DNA from: an uncultured candidate division Zixibacteria bacterium
Lineage (GTDB): Bacteria; Zixibacteria; MSB-5A5; GN15; FEB-12
Direction: 5' to 3'
Length of the DNA stretch: 64,000 nt
Assembly: GCA_963664195.1 (NCBI GenBank)
Contig: OY760907.1
Location: 1,344,001-1,408,000 of the forward strand
Shown piece by piece: positions 40,839 through 50,505 of this stretch. The notes beneath the pieces were generated by a model. That model did no database searches, was not told where the DNA came from, and saw only the letters and a list, made by a program, of their open reading frames with translations. The position numbers and the translations under genes were made by a program. The stretch's first letter is position 1. Each line of letters opens with the position of its first letter.

Positions 40839-42722
40839 GTGAATTACCCCGATTTTGACATAATCGTCATAGGTGGCGGACACGCCGGTGTTGAGGCGGC
40901 GCTTGCCGCTGCCCGTATGGGAAAATCTGTCGCTCTCGTCTCCATGGACCGACGTAAACTCGCTCTCATGTCCTGCAATCCTGCCATCGGCGGTATCGGC
41001 AAATCGCAGCTTGTCAAAGAAGTCGACGCCCTCGGTGGGCTGATGGGGCAAGCTATCGATGCCACCGGAATCCAATTCCGACGCCTCAATCTCTCCCGTG
41101 GCCCTGCGGTCTGGTCCACCCGTGCCCAGGCCGACCGTATCGGCTACACTAAATACGTCTGCGATTTCATCGAGCAACATGAACGAGTCGAGGTTATCGA
41201 AGCCCTCGCCGGGGCGATCACTCGCGAGGGCAACCGTCTCACCGGCATTCTCACCGAAAACGGGGATCGGATCGGTGCCAGGGCTGTTGTTGTCGCTACA
41301 GGAACATTCCTTGGCGGCCTTATCCATATAGGTGATAAACAGATAAAGGCGGGAAGACTCGGTGAGCCGGCAGCTTACAAGCTCTCCGAAAGTCTGAATG
41401 AGCTTGGATTCGAGATGGGCAGGCTCAAAACCGGCACCCCCCCGCGCCTCGACGGCGACACAATTGACTGGTCCAAATGTCAGGTCCAGCCGGGCGAAGT
41501 TCCCATTCCGAGGTTCTCCTATCGGTCGGCACCACGGGATATCGAGCAGACCCCTTGTCATCTCACCCATACAACTGCAGAGACAAAACAGATAATAAGA
41601 GCCAATTCGAAGTTGTCCCCGATATTCTCCGGGCAGATCAGCTCAACCGGCCCGAGATACTGTCCGTCGATTGAAGACAAGTTCCACCGGTTCGCCGATA
41701 AGCCCTCGCATCAGATATTTCTCGAACCCGAAGGCAACGGCACGAACGAAATCTACCCCAGCGGTTTCTCGACGGCTCTGCCGGAGGAAGTCCAGATTGA
41801 AGCGATACGAACCGTCACTGGCCTGGAGAACGTCCGTGTCACGCAGGCGGGATACGCAATTGAATACGATTACTGCCCGGCCTATCAAGTCGACTGCAGC
41901 CTTCAGACCAGACGCCTTCCGGGGCTGTTTTTTGCCGGCCAGATAAACGGCACGTCAGGCTATGAAGAGGCCGCCGCACAAGGGCTTATGGCAGGAATAA
42001 ATTCTGTACTGTACTTAGAAAACGAACCGCCATTCATACTCGACCGTTCCGAAGCGTACACCGGCGTTATGATCGACGATTTCACTACCCGGTCTACCAC
42101 CGAGCCGTATCGGATGTTTACGTCAAGGGCTGAGTATCGCTTGGCTCTCCGCGAGGACAACAGCCGAGATCGTCTTTTTGACCACGCCAGAAGGCTCGGC
42201 CTCATTTCTGAGGCTGATTACCGGGTGTTCGGAAAACTGAAGCTGGACACCGAAACTGAGATGAATCTGCTCAAGAATACTCGTGTCCCCGTTTCAGAAG
42301 TTGAGGATCTCGGTTTGAACTGGCAGAAACGGGATCGTATCTCCTTGGCCGGTCTACTCAAACAGCCAGGTGTTTCGCTTGATGATCTGATGCCGATTCT
42401 GGCCAGGTACGACGGTATGTTTTCCGACAACCGTGAGGTCATGGAGCGGGCGGCGGTGTTTATTCGGTATCAGGGGTATATCGACAAGCAGCAACGTGAG
42501 ATAGACAAGTTCAAGAAGCTGGAGCAGGAAGTCATACCGGATGATTTCTCATACGAGAGGATCGCCGGACTCAAAACCGAGGCTCGCGAGAAGTTTGTCC
42601 GATTCAGACCATCATCGCTGGGTCAGGCGGGTCGAATTGAGGGGATCTCACCCGGAGATATCGCTGTTCTGTCGGTGGTATTGAAGAAACACAAGCACGC
42701 CAAAGGCAATCAGACCACATGA
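40839..42722 (+). CDS. mnmG: tRNA uridine-5-carboxymethylaminomethyl synthesis enzyme MnmG (GidA)
   Basis: GGGHAG, SCNPAIGG, GPRYCPSIEDK, AGQINGTSGYEEAAAQG. Confidence 0.97.
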   Translation: MNYPDFDIIVIGGGHAGVEAALAAARMGKSVALVSMDRRKLALMSCNPAIGGIGKSQLVKEVDALGGLMGQAIDATGIQFRRLNLSRGPAVWSTRAQADRIGYTKYVCDFIEQHERVEVIEALAGAITREGNRLTGILTENGDRIGARAVVVATGTFLGGLIHIGDKQIKAGRLGEPAAYKLSESLNELGFEMGRLKTGTPPRLDGDTIDWSKCQVQPGEVPIPRFSYRSAPRDIEQTPCHLTHTTAETKQIIRANSKLSPIFSGQISSTGPRYCPSIEDKFHRFADKPSHQIFLEPEGNGTNEIYPSGFSTALPEEVQIEAIRTVTGLENVRVTQAGYAIEYDYCPAYQVDCSLQTRRLPGLFFAGQINGTSGYEEAAAQGLMAGINSVLYLENEPPFILDRSEAYTGVMIDDFTTRSTTEPYRMFTSRAEYRLALREDNSRDRLFDHARRLGLISEADYRVFGKLKLDTETEMNLLKNTRVPVSEVEDLGLNWQKRDRISLAGLLKQPGVSLDDLMPILARYDGMFSDNREVMERAAVFIRYQGYIDKQQREIDKFKKLEQEVIPDDFSYERIAGLKTEAREKFVRFRPSSLGQAGRIEGISPGDIAVLSVVLKKHKHAKGNQTT

Positions 42723-43312
42723 ATGGAATCATAACCTACGAGACCGCCGAGCTTCTGCAGAAATACCTTCCAGATGGACGGTTAGACGCTTACTTCGATG
42801 CGTTGATGGCCGAAAACGAAAAGGTCAACCTGGTTTCACGTGAAACCACCCGCGATGCCTTCGCACGGCTTGTGTGTGAGTCGCTGCTTCCACTCAAGAC
42901 TCTCCCGGACAGTTTCGACAAACACCTCGATATCGGTTCCGGCGGTGGTTTCCCCGCTGTACCGATTGCTCTTGCCGGGCGTGTCGGCGAAGAGACGACA
43001 TTGGTGGAGCGAACCGGAAAGAAAGCCGCTGCGCTCAAAAGCATGTGCGCCACCCTGGGCATCAAGGCAAGAGTGATTCGCCAGACATTCGAGGAAATCA
43101 AATTCACCACGAGATACGATCTGATTACCCTCCGGTATGTCAAACTGACCCCGTCACTGCTCAAATCAATCATGGGCAGACTTCGCACCGACGGCGTTTT
43201 CGTCTATTATTCCACGCCGGAGTTTGCCCCGGGCAAATTCCAGTCGATGACCGTGAAATTCAGGTCTCCGGAAAGTGAAGTTGTCAAGAGCTTTACGCTC
43301 TTGAAAAAGTAA
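42719..43312 (+). CDS. rsmG: 16S rRNA m7G methyltransferase RsmG (GidB)
   Basis: NEKVNLVSR, DIGSGGGFP; position after mnmG. Confidence 0.85.
   Translation: MNGIITYETAELLQKYLPDGRLDAYFDALMAENEKVNLVSRETTRDAFARLVCESLLPLKTLPDSFDKHLDIGSGGGFPAVPIALAGRVGEETTLVERTGKKAAALKSMCATLGIKARVIRQTFEEIKFTTRYDLITLRYVKLTPSLLKSIMGRLRTDGVFVYYSTPEFAPGKFQSMTVKFRSPESEVVKSFTLLKK
42832..42847. promoter_or_regulatory. parS site inside rsmG
   Basis: GGTTTCACGTGAAACC palindrome (encodes VSRET). Confidence 0.75.
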
Positions 43313-43403
43313 CGGATTCTCCGCCCCAGTTATTTTTGTTGCGCCAGCCCGGTCGTTTGTATAAACTCATATCCTGAGATAAGTTTCGTGGAAGGAGAAC
43401 TGT

Positions 43404-44162
43404 GTGGGTCGGGTTATTGCAATTGCAAATCAGAAGGGGGGCGTGGGAAAAACCACCACCGCGGTGAATCTTAGCTCCTGCCTTGCAGCCGCCGAGCAAA
43501 AAACCCTATTAATTGATATGGACCCCCAGGCCAACTCGACCTCCGGGGTCGGGTTTGAGCGTGATGAAGAAATCCCCTCGATCTATGACGCCCTGATCGA
43601 CAAGAAAGCGATTGGCGAGATCATTCGGCAAACCGATCTCCCGTTCCTGAATCTCGTCCCTTCGGCGATTTCCCTTGTCGGAGCAGAGATAGAGCTGGTG
43701 ACCATGATCTCCCGCGAGACCCGGCTCAAGACCGTGCTGTCGAGTATCGTGGACGAGTATAAGTACATCATAATCGACTGTCCACCCTCGCTCGGATTGT
43801 TGACCATCAACACGTTGACGGCGGCAAACTCCGTTATCATACCGATTCAATGTGAATACTACGCTCTCGAAGGTCTCGGGCAGTTGATTAACACGGTGAA
43901 GCTTGTCCAAAATCATCTGAACCCCGACCTGGAAATCGAGGGCGTGTTGCTCACCATGTATGACGGCCGTCTGAATCTCTCCAAGCAGGTGTCGGAGGAA
44001 GTGCGCAAGCATTTCGATTCGAGGGTATACCAGACGGTGATCTCGCGAAATGTTCGTCTGTCCGAGGCGCCTTCGTTTGGCAAACCGATCATACTCTATG
44101 ACATTCTCTCTACCGGGGCGGAAAACTACATGGCACTGACCAAGGAGGTGATGGCACGATGA
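43404..44162 (+). CDS. parA: Chromosome partitioning ATPase ParA/Soj
   Basis: [28 protein letters not shown]. Confidence 0.95.
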   Translation: MGRVIAIANQKGGVGKTTTAVNLSSCLAAAEQKTLLIDMDPQANSTSGVGFERDEEIPSIYDALIDKKAIGEIIRQTDLPFLNLVPSAISLVGAEIELVTMISRETRLKTVLSSIVDEYKYIIIDCPPSLGLLTINTLTAANSVIIPIQCEYYALEGLGQLINTVKLVQNHLNPDLEIEGVLLTMYDGRLNLSKQVSEEVRKHFDSRVYQTVISRNVRLSEAPSFGKPIILYDILSTGAENYMALTKEVMAR

Positions 44163-45007
44163 GCAAGCAGGTTCTGGGCAAAGGTCTTGGCGCGTTAATT
44201 CCCGGCCGGGCCGAAGAAGAGACCCATGATAACCAATATCGAGTTATTCCTCTTGACCGGATCGCTCCCAATCCGATGCAGCCCCGGAAGCAGTTTGAGG
44301 ACGAACGCCTTGCCGAGCTAGCCGAGTCGCTCAAGGTCAACGGTATCATGCAACCGCTGGTGGTCAAGAAAAACGGCGGCGGGTTCACGATTGTCGCCGG
44401 CGAGCGACGGTTCCGTGCGGCGCGCCTGGCCGGTCTGAAAGAAGTACCGACGATCATCATGGATGACATCGATGACGTGCGTATGCTCGAACTCGCCCTG
44501 GTCGAAAACATCCAGAGAGAGAATCTCAATCCTATCGAACTGGCCGAGGCTTACAGTCGTTTGATCGACAAGTGCGGTCTGACCCAGGCACAGTTGGCCG
44601 AGCGGGTCGGCAAAAGTCGTGTTGCGGTAACGAACAATCTCAGATTGCTGACGCTTCCGGATTCGGTCAAGCGGCTCGTGGCTGAAAGCAGGATTACTGA
44701 AGGTCATGCCCGTGCAATTTTGTCGCTGGATTCAGAGGCCCGCATGCTGGAAATGGCCGAGCAGATTGTCTCTGGCTCCCTGTCGGTACGTGAGGTGGAA
44801 AAGAAAACCTCGCCGTCGAAGAAACGCCGCCTGATCGTTAAGCGAAAGTCGCCGATCCTCACGGAGATCGAGAGCGATCTGAAACGCCGCATGGGAACGT
44901 CGGTTCGTGTGATCCCCGGTCTTAAAAAGGGTCGTATTGAAATCGAGTATTACGGGGACGATGACCTTGATCGTCTATGGCAACTGCTGAAAGAGATTCA
45001 GTCGTAA
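44159..45007 (+). CDS. parB: Chromosome partitioning protein ParB/Spo0J
   Basis: [26 protein letters not shown]. Confidence 0.95.
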   Translation: MSKQVLGKGLGALIPGRAEEETHDNQYRVIPLDRIAPNPMQPRKQFEDERLAELAESLKVNGIMQPLVVKKNGGGFTIVAGERRFRAARLAGLKEVPTIIMDDIDDVRMLELALVENIQRENLNPIELAEAYSRLIDKCGLTQAQLAERVGKSRVAVTNNLRLLTLPDSVKRLVAESRITEGHARAILSLDSEARMLEMAEQIVSGSLSVREVEKKTSPSKKRRLIVKRKSPILTEIESDLKRRMGTSVRVIPGLKKGRIEIEYYGDDDLDRLWQLLKEIQS

Positions 45008-45009
45008 GT

Positions 45010-45786
45010 ATGGGCACGAAGGCGAAATACGTATCGATCATGCTTGTTCCCGACGGGACAGAGCCCCGATCCGGCTGGCGTGTCCGCCGCTGGCTGCTCA
45101 GGGGTATCGTTATTTCCTTGGCCGCTATTCTTGTGGGCATTGTACTCTTCTTTTCGTTCTACGGTTCGGTCCTCAGGCGGGCGGCCCTGACAGAACAAGT
45201 GATGGAGGAGAACAAGAACCTCAAGCGGTACTACTACAAAGTGCAATTGCTGGAGCAGAACCTCAACAAAGCCCGCGAAGTGGTTACACGCATGACTGAA
45301 CTGGCCGGGATTGAGTATGAGTTCCCCGCGCTGCCGGATGACTCCGTGCTGTTTGCCGGCATGGATCAGGATGAAGGCGTTGCCGTTTCTCGAACCGGCA
45401 ATAAGGACTGGACTCTCCCCGGAGGACTTCCGATCGACGGCTTCATCTCCCAGCACTTTTCCGGGCGCGAGTCCGACCAATCCCATCCGGGCATTGACAT
45501 CGCCTGCGCCATCGGAACGCCGGTGCTGGCGACGGGCTCGGGGATCGTGCAGGATGTCATGTTAGACTCCGTTTACGGTCACGTGGTGATTCTCAAACAT
45601 AACGATACTGTGACCACTGTTTACGGTCATAACGACCGTATTCTTGTTAGTAAGGGGCAGGAAGTGTTGGTGGGGAGCCGCATCGCTCTCTCCGGCAACA
45701 GCGGACGGTCGACCGCGCCGCATCTGCATTATGAAATACGCATTCATGGTGAACCTATAGATCCGTTGGACAATCCGTATGATTAA
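45010..45786 (+). CDS. M23 family peptidase
   Basis: HPGID, YGH, STAPHLHYE; N-terminal TM and coiled coil. Confidence 0.9.
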   Translation: MGTKAKYVSIMLVPDGTEPRSGWRVRRWLLRGIVISLAAILVGIVLFFSFYGSVLRRAALTEQVMEENKNLKRYYYKVQLLEQNLNKAREVVTRMTELAGIEYEFPALPDDSVLFAGMDQDEGVAVSRTGNKDWTLPGGLPIDGFISQHFSGRESDQSHPGIDIACAIGTPVLATGSGIVQDVMLDSVYGHVVILKHNDTVTTVYGHNDRILVSKGQEVLVGSRIALSGNSGRSTAPHLHYEIRIHGEPIDPLDNPYD

Positions 45787-46207
45787 AAAGAATAACTCGA
45801 ACGAAACGGGTGGATTAATGAACACCATTATTGGTAAAGACACCGTTATCACCGGAACGCTCGATGTCAAGGGAGCGCTTCGTGTTGACGGCAAGGTGAA
45901 GGGCAAGATCATTTGCTCGGACTGCGTCACGGTCGGGGCAACCGGCATCGTGGAAGCAGACATTCAGTCGAATTCGGCCATTGTCGCCGGCCATGTCATG
46001 GGCAACGTGCAGACGTCTGAGAAAATCGAACTCCAGGCCAAGTGCGAAATGGACGGCGATCTGAAGACCAAATCGCTGGTCATCGAACAAGGCGCGGTCT
46101 TCTGTGGAGCCTGCAACATGAAAGGCGGTACGCCGGATCTCGGGTTTCTGACCCCGGATCAAGAGAAGAGCGGGATTCCGGCTGAAAAGAAGACGGAATC
46201 CAAGTAA
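45779..46207 (+). CDS. Bactofilin (polymer-forming cytoskeletal protein)
   Basis: TIIGKDTVITG..LRVDGKVKG..VGATGIVEADI beta-helix repeats. Confidence 0.9.
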   Translation: MIKKNNSNETGGLMNTIIGKDTVITGTLDVKGALRVDGKVKGKIICSDCVTVGATGIVEADIQSNSAIVAGHVMGNVQTSEKIELQAKCEMDGDLKTKSLVIEQGAVFCGACNMKGGTPDLGFLTPDQEKSGIPAEKKTESK

Positions 46208-46226
46208 TTCACATTCGGCGCGAGGC

Positions 46227-46351
46227 TGTGGACAAGTCAGTAGAATTGTGGATATGCCACTAATGCATTGAATGGCAAGCCCTTAGCCTCTATGTTGGCC
46301 CGTTGCGATGCCCCGTTTATCCACAAGTCAAGCGATTTTCTAACTGGATAA
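46227..46351. other. DnaA-box cluster (candidate oriC or DnaA titration site)
   Basis: TGTGGACAA 46227, TGTGGATAT 46247, perfect TTATCCACA 46317, ACTGGATAA 46343, then AT-richer sequence. Confidence 0.5.
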
Positions 46352-46618
46352 GCGAACAGCACTTATGAAGGAATTGTTAAGTATTCGATCACTACCCGTG
46401 AACTTAACTCCTTCTGCATCAAAGAATTATGAAACCCGTTGGAGTGTGGCGTTTTTGCCGAACCGAAAGGATCAATTCTGATCCTGTCAACAGCACTAAC
46501 GACGTCTGTCAACCAGCCGCCAAACGCAAAATCGGCTGTAACTAACACGTACTTGCCAGGTATAATACCTTGTATATATGCCCGCACCAACCTTTCAGCC
46601 AAGTTCTCCGGAGGAACA

Positions 46619-47626
46619 ATGACACCGACCGAGGTTAAGTCTGACATAGAAGCTGTTGAAAACCTTCATTCCGCCTACGAGAAGGTCGTCGCCGAAATCC
46701 GCAAAGTGATTGTCGGACAGGACGAAGTCGTCGAGCAACTGCTGATTTCCCTGCTGTCATCCGGACACTGCCTGCTCGTGGGTGTTCCCGGCCTGGCAAA
46801 AACGCTGATGATCTCCACCCTGGCGCGGGTTCTGGACCTGAAATTCAACCGCATTCAGTTCACCCCCGATCTGATGCCCTCGGATATCACCGGGACTGAG
46901 ATTATCGAGGATGACCAGGCAACCGGCAGACGCGGATTCAAATTCGTCAAAGGTCCGGTGTTTGCCAATATCATCCTCGCCGATGAAATCAACCGCACGC
47001 CACCCAAAACTCAGGCCGCGCTCCTTCAGGCGATGCAGGAACACGAAGTTACCGCCGCCGGCGAGACCTATAAGCTCGATGAGCCGTTTTTTGTGCTCGC
47101 GACTCAGAACCCGATTGAACAGGAAGGCACCTACCCGCTTCCCGAAGCTCAGCTTGACCGGTTCATGTTTAACGTGTTTGTCGATTACCCCGCTGCTGCC
47201 GAGGAAGAGGAAATAGTCAAAAACACCACGGCGATATCCAAGTCAGATATCAACAAGGTTCTTACCGCCGAGCAGATTGTTACCTTCCAGCAACTGGTCA
47301 GACGCGTTCCCGTTTCGGACCACCTGGTCGAGTATGCCGTCCAACTCGTCCGTGCAACCCGCCCCAACGAATCGGACACGCCGGATTTCGTCAAGAAATG
47401 GGTCAACTGGGGAGCCGGTCCGCGTGCCTCGCAGTATTTGATTCTTGCGGCCAAAACAAGAGCTATTCTTGACGGCCGCCCGACCCCGGGTCCCGAAGAT
47501 GTCCGGTTTGCCGCTTTCCCGGTTCTCAGACACAGGATTGTGACCTCGTTTAATGCCGAGGCCGACGGAGTCGACAGCCTGGAGATCATCCGACGTATCC
47601 TCGAAACAGTGAAAGCGCACGACTAG
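46619..47626 (+). CDS. moxR: MoxR family AAA+ ATPase
   Basis: [48 protein letters not shown]. Confidence 0.92.
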   Translation: MTPTEVKSDIEAVENLHSAYEKVVAEIRKVIVGQDEVVEQLLISLLSSGHCLLVGVPGLAKTLMISTLARVLDLKFNRIQFTPDLMPSDITGTEIIEDDQATGRRGFKFVKGPVFANIILADEINRTPPKTQAALLQAMQEHEVTAAGETYKLDEPFFVLATQNPIEQEGTYPLPEAQLDRFMFNVFVDYPAAAEEEEIVKNTTAISKSDINKVLTAEQIVTFQQLVRRVPVSDHLVEYAVQLVRATRPNESDTPDFVKKWVNWGAGPRASQYLILAAKTRAILDGRPTPGPEDVRFAAFPVLRHRIVTSFNAEADGVDSLEIIRRILETVKAHD

Positions 47627-47684
47627 CACGCACGGCGTGATTCGTCTTGCACGCTGATTCCTTTCTTGACCGCAGATTTGACCT

Positions 47685-48188
47685 ATGAAGGACCTTGACC
47701 GCATAAACAAGTTTCCCCCGGCCGCACGGCTGTTTGCGTTTGTCTTCACTACGCTCATGTTGCTCGTCTGCTTGTGGGCAGTGTGGATATACACGGTCGA
47801 GAAGGGAGAGGTCGACCGCGATAACCTTCCGGCCTATATGGCCGACAACGGCGCGGCTTCCGCCGGATCGTCTGACGGGGAATCGAAGGACTTGAGGAGA
47901 AATCTTGGTCTCGCCCATACGCACGTCAACGGTCAGACGCTGCTCTTTTTCGCACTCGGATTGCTGTTCCTGTTCACGTCCGTAGGTTTGAAAACGAAAA
48001 AGCGAATCCTGTGGACTTTCGGTATTACGATTCTTGTCCACACGGTCGGACTCAGCGGTGAGGGCTTCCATTGGATTTTCGATGACCTCTTAGCAATCAG
48101 CGGTGTGCTTTTGCTGATACTGATTGCGTACATGTGCCTGATGATCTACGTCGACCTCGGTCGCAAGAAACCGGAAACGAGCCGCTAA
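47685..48188 (+). CDS. 4-TM membrane protein with His motifs
   Basis: Four hydrophobic helices; LAHTH and VHT. Confidence 0.65.
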   Translation: MKDLDRINKFPPAARLFAFVFTTLMLLVCLWAVWIYTVEKGEVDRDNLPAYMADNGAASAGSSDGESKDLRRNLGLAHTHVNGQTLLFFALGLLFLFTSVGLKTKKRILWTFGITILVHTVGLSGEGFHWIFDDLLAISGVLLLILIAYMCLMIYVDLGRKKPETSR

Positions 48189-48202
48189 CGGCGCAAAACG
48201 AT

Positions 48203-49099
48203 ATGGCTGATTACAGACAATACCTGAATCCGGAGACGGTCTCCAAACTCAAGGGAATGGAAATGCGCGCCCGCATGGTGGTAGAGGGGTTCATCGCCGG
48301 GCTGCACAAGTCACCGTACCACGGGTTTTCGGTGGAGTTCGCCGAGCATCGCCAGTATATGCCGGGGGACAACATCGGCAATATCGATTGGAAAGTGTAC
48401 GGCAAAACCGACCGCTACTATATCAAACAGTACGAGGAAGAGACCAACCTCAAAGGGTATCTGCTGCTGGATTGTTCGGCGTCGATGAAATATCGGTCGG
48501 GGAATCGACTGACGAAATTCGATTACGGCGGCATGTTGTGCGGCGCCCTGTCGTATATGATGCTCCGGCAGCGCGACGCGGTCGGATTGGTGACGTACGA
48601 CACGGGGATTCGCCAGTACATTCCGCCGAGGAGCAAACAGGGGCATATCCATGTTTTGCTGAACGAGATTTCCAACCAGCTTCCGAGTGCCATGACCGAT
48701 ACGGCCGCGACTCTTCACGAGATGGCCGAACGGATCAAACGCCGCGGGCTGGTGATAGTCATATCTGATCTGCTTGATGATGTCGACCGAGTGATTTCCG
48801 GCCTTCGACATTTCCGCTACAACAAACACGAAGTGATCGTGTTTCATGTTCTTGATCCGCGCGAACGGGATTTTGATTTTGGCGGGGAGGCGTTGTTCCG
48901 CGACATGGAGACCGGCGAGGAGCTTTCGACTTTGCCGTTCCAGATGAAAAAGGAGTATGCGCGCGCGGTGAAGGAATACTCGGACAAGATTTCGTTGGCT
49001 TGCCGCCAGGCGAACATCGACTACCACCCGATCGACACCTCAATGCCTTTTGACAAAGCATTGTACGCTTTCTTGTCTAAGCGGGAGCGGTTGTATTAG
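48203..49099 (+). CDS. DUF58 protein (MoxR partner)
   Basis: GLHKSPYHGFSVEFAEHRQYMPGD..IDWKVYG, LDCSASM, ISD. Confidence 0.9.
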   Translation: MADYRQYLNPETVSKLKGMEMRARMVVEGFIAGLHKSPYHGFSVEFAEHRQYMPGDNIGNIDWKVYGKTDRYYIKQYEEETNLKGYLLLDCSASMKYRSGNRLTKFDYGGMLCGALSYMMLRQRDAVGLVTYDTGIRQYIPPRSKQGHIHVLLNEISNQLPSAMTDTAATLHEMAERIKRRGLVIVISDLLDDVDRVISGLRHFRYNKHEVIVFHVLDPRERDFDFGGEALFRDMETGEELSTLPFQMKKEYARAVKEYSDKISLACRQANIDYHPIDTSMPFDKALYAFLSKRERLY

Positions 49100-49795
49100 G
49101 GCTATTAATAAGTCACGCAACCAGGCGAGCCTGTGAGCTTGTCGAAGTGTGGCCCGAATAGAGGCTTGCCTCTTGTAGGGAAGGTTTGTCTTCAAACCTG
49201 CCATGGTGTGGGCTGATCTCCCAATAAAAAACGCCCGTGGTGCGTAAGCACACGGGCGAAAACCAGGGCTGCCCTGCGGTCTCGACATGAAGCACTTCAA
49301 GAACAGCTTCCAATACACGTGGTCACTCAGAAACTGCCGAAGCTTCTTCAGATCAACCGACCTTTGGTCTTGGCTCTCCTGAGCAGGAAGCGACGCACCA
49401 GCTTTCTCGAGCCACTTATCAACTCGGTGGTTCCACGAGCTCGGCGGCAACTTGGCATCGTCCTCCAAGGCTGAGCAGATAACAGGCAGAGGGTCTCCGT
49501 CGTCACGATAAGAGGAAACGGCGTTAGGAGTGAATCTGTGATAGATCGCGTACCTGGCATAATCCTTGACCATGCCCTCAAGCAAGGCAACTCCGTAGAC
49601 AAGCCACATCACAGAATGAATGGGGTATGCCTCCTCCAGACGGCGAATCGCCTGTTCCGGGACACCTTGATCAGGATCAGGCGACGGCGTTTGGAGGAGT
49701 CTCCGCCAGCCTTTAATGCCGCCAGCCAGAAGGATGTCAGCCTGTTGTAGAATACTGATCAATCTATCGTAGTTATCGAATGGATAGTCCATCAT
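49040..49795 (-). CDS. Hypothetical protein or degraded gene
   Basis: First ~160 aa look globular; the 3' part runs through a REP-like remnant and overlaps DUF58. Confidence 0.3.
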   Translation of the reverse strand: MMDYPFDNYDRLISILQQADILLAGGIKGWRRLLQTPSPDPDQGVPEQAIRRLEEAYPIHSVMWLVYGVALLEGMVKDYARYAIYHRFTPNAVSSYRDDGDPLPVICSALEDDAKLPPSSWNHRVDKWLEKAGASLPAQESQDQRSVDLKKLRQFLSDHVYWKLFLKCFMSRPQGSPGFRPCAYAPRAFFIGRSAHTMAGLKTNLPYKRQASIRATLRQAHRLAWLRDLLIALIQPLPLRQESVQCFVKRH

Positions 49796-49933
49796 TGTCC
49801 CCAGTCTGAGTTGACGACGATACGTGAGCATCGAGTGAGTGATCGCAATATACTCTGTTCTTGGAGGGGAGCAAGCTATGACCTGGGACATCCCCGCATC
49901 GTTTGAGGGTGGCACGCGGAGTCAGAGCTGAAT

Positions 49934-50234
49934 CCGTCAGGGACGGAACCCTGACGGTCGCGATCAGTTCGTAGATCCAGTCTTCGTAGGGTGGAACCCT
50001 TTAGCGGTTCCGCCGGAAAGAGAGTCCGCCGCAGGCGGATAATGGCAGAACCGCTCCGACAGATCAGTGAAACAACGTCAATCCATCTATTCGGGTTCTG
50101 CCCTACCCGGAGTCGTCGCTGACGGTCACGATCAGCTAGCCGTCGGGTTTGTCGGGTTTCTCACTCGCCTTCGGCTTGCTCGGAACCCGACCTACGAAGA
50201 GTAAGGAGCACACTTCGACAGGCTCAGCATGACA
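49934..50234. repeat. REP/REPIN-like mosaic
   Basis: Inverted GTAGGG-led pair 49986-50106, 17-bp direct repeats at 49951 and 50119, GTAGGTCG copy 50150-50195, CACTTCGACAGGCTCAG motif about 50211. Confidence 0.6.
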
Positions 50235-50505
50235 TACTCATAGCCATAACCCCATGCAGCGTAAGTGGCTCCAAAGCAGCACTGTGCGATAGCGAACAGA
50301 GGAAAAGTAGACCGTCAATCGGATGCTTCCGCCATAGCGTACCCCCTATGCACCAAACCGGGTCGAGATTGAACTCGATGTTACCTCTACACCGGCGACC
50401 GAGGACCAAACAACCGAATCCCGTACCGGCCCCGTAACCGGATAGGCACGTCGCGCTCTCTCTCCAAACTACGAGGAATGACGACTGCAATCTGGGGGCT
50501 AACCA

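Noticed and set aside
46439..46618. 60-aa N-terminal extension of MoxR in the ORF track
   Set aside because: ATG 46619 has a GGAGG RBS and an upstream TATAAT; the extension is likely non-coding
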